Shown: piece after piece, positions 8,137 to 17,829 of the stretch
Numbering within the stretch: the first letter of the stretch is position 1
Layout: every line of letters starts with the position of its first letter
From: Patescibacteria group bacterium UBA5738
GTDB lineage: Bacteria > Patescibacteriota > Minisyncoccia > Minisyncoccales > UBA5738
Length of the DNA: 64,000 bases
Direction: 5' to 3'
Assembly (NCBI GenBank): GCA_002419295.1
Contig: DIFW01000034.1
Location: 8,098 to 72,097, forward strand
Notes under the pieces: model-generated
The model's database searches: none
The model's input: only the letters and a program-made list of their open reading frames with translations
What the model was told of the DNA's origin: nothing
Position numbers and translations under genes: made by a program

Positions 8137-10650
8137 TTAAATCGTTGCGAGGAGTCTTTTTTGCAATTCAATAATCAACCGGCTGATCATTTCGATCAAT
8201 AATCTTTTGGTTTCTTCAATTTTAGCTATGATTTCGCCACGAGATGATTTCGCCGATTCAATGGATTTTTCCGTATTATTGAGCGGCGATTGATCCGCCG
8301 CCATAATGACATTTTTCCGATCAATGCACTTTCCGTCGGAACAAGCTCCCGCACAAGTACAAGTATCTTGCCATTGAGAAATTGAAAAACAAGCATCATC
8401 GGAGCATCCTTGTTTTAATATTTGGCGTTGGATTTGATTGCCCGAGCATTGATAATTTGATGTTAGCTCATCGTTGCCGCAATTTTGCGCCAGCTCTTCT
8501 TGGGCGCCGCAAGAATTATACCAATATAAATTACCGTCATCGCATTTTTGTATTGCCCGCGGCGCGCAACCCGCAACGCATTTTCCGTTGGAGCATGCTT
8601 TGCCGTCATCGCAAACGCCGCAATTTATTGTTTGCCCGCAACCATCGCTCCATAATCCGCATTTGTAATCCCCCAGATCCGCGCAAGTTTTAGGAGCGCA
8701 GACGGCGGTGCAATTATTGTTTGAGCAAATTTTTCCCGAAGAACAACTGCCGCAGGAAAGCGTGCCGCCGCAACCATCACTTGCCGTGCCGCAATTATAG
8801 CCCAAACTCGCGCAAGTTGTCGGAACGCACGCGGTAGAGCATTGGCCGTTGGAACAGGTCTGGCCCGAAGCGCAACTGCCGCAGGAAATCGTGCCGCCGC
8901 AATTATTGCTCCAAGAACCGCAATTTTTACCCAATGAGGCGCAAGTTGTCGGAACGCACGCGGTGGTGACGCAATCGCCATCGCGACATGTTTTACTTTC
9001 TCCGCAAGAGGTTGCCGCGCTCCATTTCAAACATCCTCCCGAAAGCGCGCAAGTCTGCGTTCCGTTGCCGGAGCATCGCCGGGTTCCCAACGGCGAACAT
9101 TCGTTCGCACATGAATTTTCACTCAAAGAACCATACACTTTTCCCGAAGAGACATCTGTTTTTTCCTGCGATACGGTTGATGAATTATTAAAATAAATTG
9201 ACGCGCCGCCGATTGAACTGTACATGTATTGCCCCGCGGTCGGTTCAAAAACGCATCCTTCGCAACAAACCGTGGAATTTTGGGCGATCAACGAATTAAA
9301 AGCGGATTTAAGGCGCGTTCCTTCAATGGTCAACGAACTGGCTCGATTGGCATAAACCGCGGCGCCGGCGTTGATCAAACCTCCTCTTAAAATAACCGGC
9401 ACCGGCTCTTGTTCGATCCAGATCGCATGATTTTTTGAGGCTATATCCGTTGTTATCGAATCTATTTCCAATATGATTTGGCCGCGGTCGGCCAGCGGAT
9501 AGGGTGCATTGTGGTTGTTTTTAATATAAACCGCGCCGATAAGTCCGAGATTTGGAATATTGGTATTAATCTTTAAATTTTTTATCGTGATGCCGCCCGC
9601 GCCGGGATACTCATCGTTCCCGATTTTTAATATTCCGTTGTTGATTTCGGTGCCATCGATCGCCAGATCAAGTTTGTGGTCGCCCACATTGATAATTTGA
9701 AGCGCCACCGTGCCGGAAGCGATGGTGCCGTCATTGACAAATTTCAATCGGCTCGCGCTTATTTTTTCGCCATTGTCAAAAACCAATCCTGCTTGCCGAT
9801 TGTCGTGGCTGTAGATATTGTCCAGATAAGCATACGCTTCCCAGCCGCTACCGTTGTTGCCCAGATACAAGCCGGTGTTTGGGGAATTTCTTAATTCAAG
9901 ATTGAAAAATTTGCCGCCGGTTCTTTCGCCGCCGGTGAGAATCAAGCCCGCGCCGTCGTACCAAAAAGGCGATTGCCTGTCTTTATTGCCGTCCAGCGTT
10001 ATGTTGGCCAAAGTGAACGCCGAATAACCAAGCCCCAAGCCGTTGCTGGCGAAAATAATCAGCGCCTGATGGCCGGAATAGTATTGGTTGTCGCCCAGTT
10101 TTAAAACAGTCTGGCCCATGCCGGCGCCGTAAATATGGATATTTTTCCCTCTCAATGGCAGGGCGGTGTAATAATGCGCTTCCGATCCGGAAAGAACATT
10201 GTTGATCGGAACATTTTGGTCGGCGCGCAAACCGTCATAAGTGCCGGCGCCGATATATAACGATCCGTTGTCCGGAGTCGCAGCAATTGCGCTGCGAATG
10301 ACGGCGGTATAGTCGGCGCCCGACGAGATCGTGCCTCCGGCGCTGTTCTTCGCGGTTGCCGTGTTCCCGGATTTGGAGATGGTAACATCATAAACCGATG
10401 GCAGGGGAGGCTGGCCGTTGACGCACGCGCCGTTTACGCATGCTTGCCCGGCGGCGCACCGCGCGCTGTCGTCGGCCCAATGATTGGCCAAATTCCCGCC
10501 GCTCCCCAGTGTTTGCCGGCAAACCCGGCATCCTTGAACCTGTCCGGCCGCGCCGCAATCATAGGAATTGGCGTTTGCCGGATTTGAAAAACCAAAAACC
10601 AGCCAGATTCCGGCAACAAGCGCGCCCCCCAAAATTTTTTTGTTTTTCAT
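8137..10650 (-). CDS. Large secreted protein: signal peptide, parallel beta-helix-like region, Cys-rich tandem repeats, C-terminal helix
   Basis: MKNKKILGGALVAGIWLVFGFSNPANA is a signal peptide. Gly/Asn-rich beta-helix-like repeats occur (NIYSHDNRQAGLVF etc), then three ~43-aa CxxxxC-type repeats. Start moved to ATG 10650. Confidence 0.8.
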   Translation of the reverse strand: MKNKKILGGALVAGIWLVFGFSNPANANSYDCGAAGQVQGCRVCRQTLGSGGNLANHWADDSARCAAGQACVNGACVNGQPPLPSVYDVTISKSGNTATAKNSAGGTISSGADYTAVIRSAIAATPDNGSLYIGAGTYDGLRADQNVPINNVLSGSEAHYYTALPLRGKNIHIYGAGMGQTVLKLGDNQYYSGHQALIIFASNGLGLGYSAFTLANITLDGNKDRQSPFWYDGAGLILTGGERTGGKFFNLELRNSPNTGLYLGNNGSGWEAYAYLDNIYSHDNRQAGLVFDNGEKISASRLKFVNDGTIASGTVALQIINVGDHKLDLAIDGTEINNGILKIGNDEYPGAGGITIKNLKINTNIPNLGLIGAVYIKNNHNAPYPLADRGQIILEIDSITTDIASKNHAIWIEQEPVPVILRGGLINAGAAVYANRASSLTIEGTRLKSAFNSLIAQNSTVCCEGCVFEPTAGQYMYSSIGGASIYFNNSSTVSQEKTDVSSGKVYGSLSENSCANECSPLGTRRCSGNGTQTCALSGGCLKWSAATSCGESKTCRDGDCVTTACVPTTCASLGKNCGSWSNNCGGTISCGSCASGQTCSNGQCSTACVPTTCASLGYNCGTASDGCGGTLSCGSCSSGKICSNNNCTAVCAPKTCADLGDYKCGLWSDGCGQTINCGVCDDGKACSNGKCVAGCAPRAIQKCDDGNLYWYNSCGAQEELAQNCGNDELTSNYQCSGNQIQRQILKQGCSDDACFSISQWQDTCTCAGACSDGKCIDRKNVIMAADQSPLNNTEKSIESAKSSRGEIIAKIEETKRLLIEMISRLIIELQKRLLATI
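8569..8958 (-). repeat. Three tandem 129-132-nt coding repeats (Cys-rich module CVPTTCASLG.NCG...CSNG.C)
   Basis: TGCGTTCCGACAACTTGC recurs at 8958 and 8829 (period 129). A third diverged unit starts at 8700. Confidence 0.85.
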
Positions 10651-10761
10651 AAATTTATAACAATTTAATAAAATAATTGATACAACTTTAATTATAGAAC
10701 AAATGCTTTCCGCCAACAATTATTTTAAAAAATCGCCGGTAAAGGCGATTTTTAAACTGGG

Positions 10762-10832
10762 TGCCCCTGGGGGGAATCGAACCCTCGTTAGCTGCTTAAA
10801 AGGCAGTTACTCTACCATTGAGTTACAGGGGC
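10762..10832 (-). tRNA. tRNA-Lys (anticodon UUU)
   Basis: Acceptor GCCCCTG/CAGGGGC, D arm ACTC-AATGGTA-GAGT, anticodon loop CTTTTAA, T loop TTCGATT. A-C mismatches sit in the T stem and at 27:43. CCA is not encoded. Confidence 0.8.
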
Positions 10833-11075
10833 GGAGAAATAGTTGACGAGTAACGAATAAAGCCGCAAACATTCAACAAGAAGGAGTATAGCACCTTTTA
10901 TTATTTTTGTCATCCTCGCGCATAAGTCCACTGCTTACTGGAGATGAAATTTTAAGGTCTAACCCTCGCATTAACGAAGGATAGATCTTGAAATCTTGTT
11001 TTTAGCGAGCGGTTACCGCGTGTCAGCCTTGGGTAAATGACATCCCGATTATTGCGCAATGTTTGGATAAAAAAT

Positions 11076-11104
11076 TTGAACAAAAACGGCAAAAAGGGTA
11101 GAAT
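11076..11104 (+). promoter_or_regulatory. Promoter candidate for tspO
   Basis: TTGAAC (11076-11081), 17-nt spacer, TAGAAT (11099-11104). Confidence 0.5.
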
Positions 11105-11173
11105 TCCAATTAAGAGGTGAAAAATATTTGAGCGACAGGCGCTTAATTTTGTAATTCAAAGTAAATAAAAAAT

Positions 11174-11719
11174 ATGCAAAAACGGAATATTTTCAAGCTG
11201 GTTGCCGGTATTTTGATTTGCCAAGCCGCCGGCGGGATCGGCTCCGTATTTACCGTGCCGGCGGTTAAAGGCTGGTATGACCAATTGGCCAAGCCGTCGT
11301 GGACGCCGCCGGGGGAAGTGATCGGCGCGGTGTGGATGGTGCTGTATTTGTTGATGGGGCTTTCGCTGTATCTGGTTTGGGCCAGAAACTGGCAGATTGA
11401 GCAATCGCTCGCCGGGCGCGCCGCGCGCGCGTGGAATCAAATATCCCAAAAACTGCTTGACGGCGCGTGGCAAAAGCAGAATATTATCGCGATTTTCTCC
11501 ATGCAACTGATTTTGAATGTGTTGTGGTCGTTCATTTTTTTTGAATTAAAATCGCCGGGACTGGCGTTTTTTGAATTATTGATGCTTTGGGTGGCAATCG
11601 CCTATACTATTGCCAATTTTTGGCGCGTGTCGAAACTTGCGGCATATCTGCTGATGCCTTATATCGCGTGGGTGACTTTTGCCGGTTATCTCAACTTCGC
11701 CATTTGGCAAATGAACTGA
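11174..11719 (+). CDS. tspO: TspO/MBR tryptophan-rich sensory protein family
   Basis: WYDQLAKPSWTPPGEVIGAVWMVLYLLMG and Trp-rich TM helices; 181 aa with an extra ~30-aa loop. Confidence 0.8.
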   Translation: MQKRNIFKLVAGILICQAAGGIGSVFTVPAVKGWYDQLAKPSWTPPGEVIGAVWMVLYLLMGLSLYLVWARNWQIEQSLAGRAARAWNQISQKLLDGAWQKQNIIAIFSMQLILNVLWSFIFFELKSPGLAFFELLMLWVAIAYTIANFWRVSKLAAYLLMPYIAWVTFAGYLNFAIWQMN

Positions 11720-11790
11720 ACAAGCCGAAATCTGGAAATTGCGGCAGAAAAATATTTGATTATTGAATATAATATCTAGGACCAATTATT

Positions 11791-12927
11791 ATGGCTTATA
11801 TTAAACACGAAGAATTTTGGGAGCGTAACGAATATGAGACATGCGCCCTTTTCGCCGACTTGTTGTTTATGAATGTGGAAAAATTTTCTCCCGAATTAGC
11901 CAATGATCCGGACAGAATTTATTTAACCGACGAAGATATTGCGCTTTTGGACAAAGCCGGTGTTTTGAATCGGATTTTTCGCAAATGGTTGCAAACCACA
12001 TGGCTCAACGAGGGCGATTCACGCCATTTTCACGGTGCCACGCCGCGCCAGGAGCTGGCGGCTCTTTATCCTGATTTGGATTTGGGACGAGATTTTATCA
12101 CGGCAAAATTACAAAAAGACAAAAATGGCCAATGGAGCGTGGCGCCGGCATATTTTTCCCGCAGAATGCTGAAAGAATCGGGCGGCGGCGGTGTGTTTGA
12201 ATTGGGATTAAAAAATAAAAAAAATGCCAAGAAAGGCGAGATGGTGGCGCCTCATTTTGATTGTGAATTTGCCGCATTCATTGATTTTTTGGATATTATG
12301 GAAAAAATTGGTAAATCAAAAATAAATGATAGTGACGAATTTACGAGATATTTAAGCTTGTTTTTCCAATGGGCGCCGGCAAATATAATTCTAGATTCGA
12401 GATTAAAAATCAATGAAGAAAAATTCTTGAAAATGACATCCGAGTTATATCATTATTTTGAATGGATGTTTAATCATCAAAAAAAGGGGAAAGACGATTT
12501 TTTCGGCATTGATCCGGTTTTTCGGACAATTTGGGGAATCTTTCAAAAATTCAACAAAAATCTTGCCGGCTATGAAGAAATAGTTATGGTGGATGAAAAA
12601 AAGATGGCGCGATTTAATCAAAAAAATAAAGAATTCCGCAAATCGTTTGAGGTATTCCATCGATTGGGCATTGCTTTTGACCGTTATTTCCTTTTTCCTC
12701 TTGACTGTTATTTTGGCGGGATGGAGTGCGTTTGGACGAGTCGGGAAGCGTTTTTTGATGAAATGGGGTTGGGAATCGCGTTTTTAAAAAACAAACTCAA
12801 TCCGCCGGAACTTAATCCGGAAGCGAAAAAATATCTGGATATTGGTGATACATTTTTCGATTTGAAGTATAATTGGTTTGTGCCGCCCACTGCGTTTCGC
12901 TTCTTGGAATCTTTGTATTCGGAATAA
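11791..12927 (+). CDS. Hypothetical protein (378 aa, Phe/Trp-rich, no motif recognised)
   Basis: Long uninterrupted ORF that fills the intergenic space. Confidence 0.6.
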   Translation: MAYIKHEEFWERNEYETCALFADLLFMNVEKFSPELANDPDRIYLTDEDIALLDKAGVLNRIFRKWLQTTWLNEGDSRHFHGATPRQELAALYPDLDLGRDFITAKLQKDKNGQWSVAPAYFSRRMLKESGGGGVFELGLKNKKNAKKGEMVAPHFDCEFAAFIDFLDIMEKIGKSKINDSDEFTRYLSLFFQWAPANIILDSRLKINEEKFLKMTSELYHYFEWMFNHQKKGKDDFFGIDPVFRTIWGIFQKFNKNLAGYEEIVMVDEKKMARFNQKNKEFRKSFEVFHRLGIAFDRYFLFPLDCYFGGMECVWTSREAFFDEMGLGIAFLKNKLNPPELNPEAKKYLDIGDTFFDLKYNWFVPPTAFRFLESLYSE

Positions 12928-12960
12928 TAAATTGTTTTTGCGGCGGCGCGTTGAAAATAT

Positions 12961-15633
12961 ATGATGGCGGAAAAAAAGATTAATTGGCATAACATTTCGC
13001 ATAAAAAAGCGGCGGAAATACTGCGATCCGATTCCGAAAAAGGATTATCGGAACAGGAAGCGGCAATCCGCCAAACTAAAACGGGGAAAAACAGGCTTTC
13101 CGAAGAAAAGCCTGTTTCGCGCGTTAAAATATTTTTGGAACAGTTTTCAAGCCCGTTGATCTATATTTTGATATTTGCCGGCATCGTCACTTTGTTTTTA
13201 AAGGAATACGCCGACGCGATTGTTATTTTCGCGGCGGTGTTTTTGAACGCGATTGTCGGTTATATCCAAGAAAGCAAATCGTCAAAAGCGTTGAGAGAAT
13301 TAAAAAAAGTTTTGAGTTTGAAAGCCATTGTCGTGAGAAACGGCAAAGAGAGGGAAATTCTGGCCGATGATCTTGTGCCCGGAGATATAATTTTGCTAAA
13401 ACCGGGCGATAAGGTGCCGGTTGACGGCCGTTTGCTGGAAAATCACGGATTGAAAATAAACGAATCGGCCCTAACCGGAGAATGGCTTCCGGCTTCAAAA
13501 AATGCCGCGACCATTCCCGAAAATACGCCTCTGGCCGACAGAGATAATTTGGTTTATATGGGGACGATCGTGGAAGACGGGCGGGGCAAATTCGTGGCGA
13601 CGGGGACGGGGAACGAAACCGAAATTGGAAAAATCAGCAACATGGTCAGGGAAACAAAAGAGGATAAAACTCCCTATCAAAAAAAACTAGCCCATTTTTC
13701 AAAAATTATCGGCATAGTGGTTGGGATAATTTGTTTTATCATATTTGTTGAAGGAATGTTGACCGGCGGGGAATTCGTCGAAATGTTTACCACGGCGGTG
13801 GCGATCGCGGTCGCTTCAATTCCCGAAGGCCTGCCGGTGGCGATGACGGTGATTTTGGCGCTCGGGATGCAAAGAATACTCAAAAAGAAAGGATTGGTGC
13901 GAAAATTGGCGGCGGCCGAGACTTTGGGGAGCACTTCGGTAATCGCCACCGATAAAACCGGAACTCTCACGAAGGGGAAAATGAATGTGGCGGGAATATT
14001 CACTTTTTCTCTGCCGGAAGAAAAAGTTTTGAAAGTTGCCATTTTGTGCAGTGAAGCGTTTGTCGAAAATCCTCAAGATCAGCCGGAGAAATGGGAGATC
14101 AGGGGAATGCCCACGGAAAGAGCGTTGGTTTTGGAAGGCGCCAAGTCGGGGCTTGTCAAAGAGGAAATGGAAGATGACGAACCGGAAATCGATGTAATTT
14201 CTTTCTGCTCCGAATGCAAATATTCGGCCAGTTTGAGAAGGATGCACAAGGCGCGTTCCCGCCGGCAATTTTTGCTTGCCGATGAAGAAAAAAACATTAT
14301 TTATGCCAAAGGCGCGCCCGAAGTTATTTTGGAAAAATCAAAATATTTGGAATTTAACGGCAAGCTCGAGGCGATAGACAAGGGGAAAAAAGATCTTTTG
14401 TATAAAAAATACGAAGAATTGACGGGTAAGGGATACCGAGTTTTAGCCGCGGCCTACAAAGGGGCGCGCGAGTCGGATGTTGCCGCGGGTGATTTCAAAA
14501 AATCAGTTAACGGGTTGGTTTTTGCCGGGTTGATTTTTTTGGAAGATCCTGTGCGCGAAGAAGCCAAAGAAGCGATACAAACTTGCTATCGGGCGGGAAT
14601 GAGGCCGATTATCATTACCGGCGACCACGGCTTGACGGCGAAGGCGATTGCCAATAAATTGGGCATTGATGTCGGGAGCGAAAACATTATGGAGGGCAAA
14701 GACCTGGAAAAAATGTCCGAGGCGGAATTTGCCGCGAAAATAAAAAATATCCGAATTTATGCCCGAGTGGAACCGAAGCACAAATTAAGGATTATCAAAG
14801 CCTGGCAAAAGAAAGGAGAAGTGGTGGCGATGACCGGCGACGGGATTAATGACGCTCCCGCGTTGAAACAAGCCAACATCGGAGTGGCCTTGGGATCGGG
14901 AACCGAAGTTGCCAAAGAAGTCGCCGACATTGTTTTATTAACCGATGATTTTTCCATTATCGTGGCGGCGGTGGAGGAGGGGCGCGCCATTCTTGACAAT
15001 ATCAGGAAAATAATCACCTATCTTTTGTCCGACAGCTTCACTGAGATAGTTTTGATAGGGTCCAGCATGCTGGCGGGGTTGCCTTTGCCGGTTACCGCGG
15101 TCCAAATTTTATGGATAAATCTGATAGAAGACGGATTGCCCAATGTTGCTTTGGCTTTTGAACCCAAAGAAAACGATTTAATGAGCCAAAAACCGCAAGG
15201 ACTTAACATTCCTTTGCTTACCCGGGAGATGAAAATAATCATTTTTGTCGTCGGATTGCTCACGGATTTACTGCTTTTGGGATTGTTCTTTTGGCTTGTC
15301 GGCAAAAATTACGATATAAAATACATCCAAACGATGATCTTTGCCGGTCTTGCCATAGATTCTATTTTTTATGTGTTTTGTTGCAAGAGCTTGAGAAAAA
15401 ATTTATGGCACACCAACATCTTCAACAATAAGCTTTTGATTGTCGCGTGGTTCGCGGGGTTGGCCGGTTTGCTTTCCGCGGTTTATTTTCCCGCTCTGAA
15501 CAAGTTGCTTGGCACCGTTCCTTTGCCGGGTTTTTCTTGGCTTATTATCATCGGATTGGCGATTCTCAATGTGGTTTTGATTGAAGCCGCCAAGTATTAT
15601 TTTATCGCCGGACACAAAACGGAAAAGATTTAA
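12961..15633 (+). CDS. P-type cation-transporting ATPase (type II, Ca2+/Mg2+-like)
   Basis: DKTGTLT phosphorylation site, LTGE actuator motif, TGDGINDAPAL hinge, about 10 TM segments; 890 aa. Confidence 0.92.
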   Translation: MMAEKKINWHNISHKKAAEILRSDSEKGLSEQEAAIRQTKTGKNRLSEEKPVSRVKIFLEQFSSPLIYILIFAGIVTLFLKEYADAIVIFAAVFLNAIVGYIQESKSSKALRELKKVLSLKAIVVRNGKEREILADDLVPGDIILLKPGDKVPVDGRLLENHGLKINESALTGEWLPASKNAATIPENTPLADRDNLVYMGTIVEDGRGKFVATGTGNETEIGKISNMVRETKEDKTPYQKKLAHFSKIIGIVVGIICFIIFVEGMLTGGEFVEMFTTAVAIAVASIPEGLPVAMTVILALGMQRILKKKGLVRKLAAAETLGSTSVIATDKTGTLTKGKMNVAGIFTFSLPEEKVLKVAILCSEAFVENPQDQPEKWEIRGMPTERALVLEGAKSGLVKEEMEDDEPEIDVISFCSECKYSASLRRMHKARSRRQFLLADEEKNIIYAKGAPEVILEKSKYLEFNGKLEAIDKGKKDLLYKKYEELTGKGYRVLAAAYKGARESDVAAGDFKKSVNGLVFAGLIFLEDPVREEAKEAIQTCYRAGMRPIIITGDHGLTAKAIANKLGIDVGSENIMEGKDLEKMSEAEFAAKIKNIRIYARVEPKHKLRIIKAWQKKGEVVAMTGDGINDAPALKQANIGVALGSGTEVAKEVADIVLLTDDFSIIVAAVEEGRAILDNIRKIITYLLSDSFTEIVLIGSSMLAGLPLPVTAVQILWINLIEDGLPNVALAFEPKENDLMSQKPQGLNIPLLTREMKIIIFVVGLLTDLLLLGLFFWLVGKNYDIKYIQTMIFAGLAIDSIFYVFCCKSLRKNLWHTNIFNNKLLIVAWFAGLAGLLSAVYFPALNKLLGTVPLPGFSWLIIIGLAILNVVLIEAAKYYFIAGHKTEKI

Positions 15634-15734
15634 AAAACGAAACTGATCCGAGGTCGGAGAAATTCGCTGCGGCGGCCGCGGGTTTACAAAGTGCCGTGAT
15701 TTTGACATAATGGGGAAGGAGCAAATTTAACTTT

Positions 15735-16937
15735 ATGATCGCGAAAAAATTGTTATTTTTGGTGTTTTCATTGGCCGCCTTCTTATCGCCGATAGCGGTT
15801 TTGGCGCAAAATCCGGTCAATGTTTATTTTTTTTGGGGTCAAGGATGCCCTCATTGTGAACGCGAGAAGGTGTTTCTCGCGGAACTTGAAGGCAATTATC
15901 CGCAAATTACGGTGCGGGATTTTGAAGTTTGGAAAAGCGCCGAAAACCGCCAAATTTTGATTGATTTGGGCAAAGCGCTCAATGTTGATGTTTCGGGGGT
16001 GCCGTTTACCGTGGTGGGCGATAAGTACTTTATCGGCTGGTATGACAAAGATTCCACCGGCAAGGCGATTGAAGCCGCCGTGGCAACGGCAACGGAGCAA
16101 GGGTGCGCCGATATTGCCGCCGGCATTATTGATCCCGGAAATGATCCGCAAGAGAACGGCAGTTGCGGCGAGCAAGATAAGGAAGAGATTCCTCAAAGCG
16201 TCAATGTGCCGTTTTTGGGGCAAATCAATGTGAAAGATTTTTCCCTGCCGGCGATTGCCGTAATATTGGGCGCGCTGGACGGATTCAATCCGTGCGCGAT
16301 GTGGACGCTCTTGTTCTTGATCAGTCTGCTTTTAGGCATGGAAAACCGCAAGCGAATGTGGATTTTGGGATGCGCTTTTATCGTCGCGTCGTCTTTGGTT
16401 TATTTCACATTTATGGCCGCGTGGCTCAATCTACTTTTGTTTATCGGTTTTATTTTCTGGGTGCGTTTTGCCGTGGGCGCGATAGCGATCGGCGGTGGAA
16501 TTTATAATTTAAAATCATATTTTTCCAAAAAACCGGCGGTTTGCGCCAATGCCGCGGATCCCAAGAGAAAAAAAGTTTTTGACAAAATAAAGAACATCAC
16601 TCGGCAAAATAATTTTTATTTCGCGCTGGGAGGCATCATCCTGCTGGCGTTTGCGGTGAATCTGGTGGAGCTGATCTGTTCGGCCGGCTTGCCGGTGATT
16701 TTCACCCAAATTCTGGCGATGAGCGATTTGGCGGCATGGCAATATTATTCCTATATCGCGCTTTATATTTTGGTTTTTATGGCCGACGATTTGTTTATTT
16801 TTTTCGCGGCGATGATAACTCTTAAAATGGCGGGCGCCACTTCCAAATATCAGAAGGCGTCGCATTTGATCGGCGGGGTTTTGATGCTGGCAATCGGTCT
16901 TTTGCTGATTTTCCGTCCCGAATGGCTGATGTTTTAG
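15735..16937 (+). CDS. Thioredoxin-fold (CPHC) domain fused to a DsbD/CcdA-like polytopic membrane domain
   Basis: Signal peptide, WGQGCPHCEREK, then TM domain with FNPCAMW and ELICSAGLP cysteines. Confidence 0.6.
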   Translation: MIAKKLLFLVFSLAAFLSPIAVLAQNPVNVYFFWGQGCPHCEREKVFLAELEGNYPQITVRDFEVWKSAENRQILIDLGKALNVDVSGVPFTVVGDKYFIGWYDKDSTGKAIEAAVATATEQGCADIAAGIIDPGNDPQENGSCGEQDKEEIPQSVNVPFLGQINVKDFSLPAIAVILGALDGFNPCAMWTLLFLISLLLGMENRKRMWILGCAFIVASSLVYFTFMAAWLNLLLFIGFIFWVRFAVGAIAIGGGIYNLKSYFSKKPAVCANAADPKRKKVFDKIKNITRQNNFYFALGGIILLAFAVNLVELICSAGLPVIFTQILAMSDLAAWQYYSYIALYILVFMADDLFIFFAAMITLKMAGATSKYQKASHLIGGVLMLAIGLLLIFRPEWLMF

Positions 16938-17047
16938 TTGATTTCGCTTGCCCCCTTGAAGGTTTTGGCAAATCAAGGTAGTATCATAGGGGCGATGAAT
17001 TTAATATTAGGCTATAAGCTAAATTTTTTTTGGTAAAATTTAAAAAT

Positions 17048-17794
17048 ATGACAAAAAAAACGGCAAAAAAACAGCAATTGATCGTGGCTTCTTTGGGAGG
17101 ATCGGTGGTTTATCCCTATGGCGAGAAATACAATAACGGACTGGATGTTCCGTTTTTGCGCGATTTGCGCCAATTTCTTTTGGAGCAAGCGAAGTCGGGC
17201 CGGCGATTTGTGATTGTGGTGGGCGGAGGGAAGTCATGCCGGATCTACCAAAAAGCGGCGCGCGAGGTGCTGGGAGAAAAAAAGAATGATAAAGATTTGG
17301 ATTGGATTGGCATTCAGGCGACAAAAATGAACGCGCTCTTTGTCGCCAAGATTCTGCGGGAAATTTCTTTTCCCCAGATACTGGACCATGAACCGAACAA
17401 AAAAGAGGTCAGCGCGTTTTTAAAAAGCAATAAAAAAATTCTGATGGTTTCCGGATGGCTTCCGGGCGGCTCGACGGATTATGATGCCATGAAATGCGCG
17501 ATAATTTTTGGCGCCCAAGAAATAATTTCGGCCAGCGACGCGCATTTCGTTTGCGATAAGGACCCGCGCAAATTTAACGACGCCAGACCGATCAAAGAAT
17601 TGACTTGGGCCGAATACCAAAAGCTGATTCCTTCAAAATGGGTGCCCGGGCTTTCAACGCCCGTGGATCCGGTGGCGGCCAAGCTGGCGAAGAAGCACAA
17701 AATAACGGTGAAAAAAATTAAAGGCAACGATATTGAGGGTTTTCGCAAAGCGATGGACGGGGAAGGGTTTGAAGGATCAATTATTCGCGGTTAA
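17048..17794 (+). CDS. pyrH: UMP kinase, archaeal-type (amino-acid-kinase fold)
   Basis: VASLGGSVV, VIVVGGGKSCR, GIQATKMNA and PGGSTDYDA resemble the archaeal PyrH layout. ATG 17048 is preferred over TTG 17030. Confidence 0.7.
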   Translation: MTKKTAKKQQLIVASLGGSVVYPYGEKYNNGLDVPFLRDLRQFLLEQAKSGRRFVIVVGGGKSCRIYQKAAREVLGEKKNDKDLDWIGIQATKMNALFVAKILREISFPQILDHEPNKKEVSAFLKSNKKILMVSGWLPGGSTDYDAMKCAIIFGAQEIISASDAHFVCDKDPRKFNDARPIKELTWAEYQKLIPSKWVPGLSTPVDPVAAKLAKKHKITVKKIKGNDIEGFRKAMDGEGFEGSIIRG

Positions 17795-17829
17795 GAAATC
17801 GCTTCCGCCGCTTCGCGGCGGATTTTTTT

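Noticed and set aside
10833-11075. About 240-nt ORF-free gap between tRNA-Lys and the tspO promoter, considered as an ncRNA
   Set aside because: Only short, weak hairpins were found, with no convincing promoter/terminator pair and no match to RNA family cores I know. It is left unassigned.
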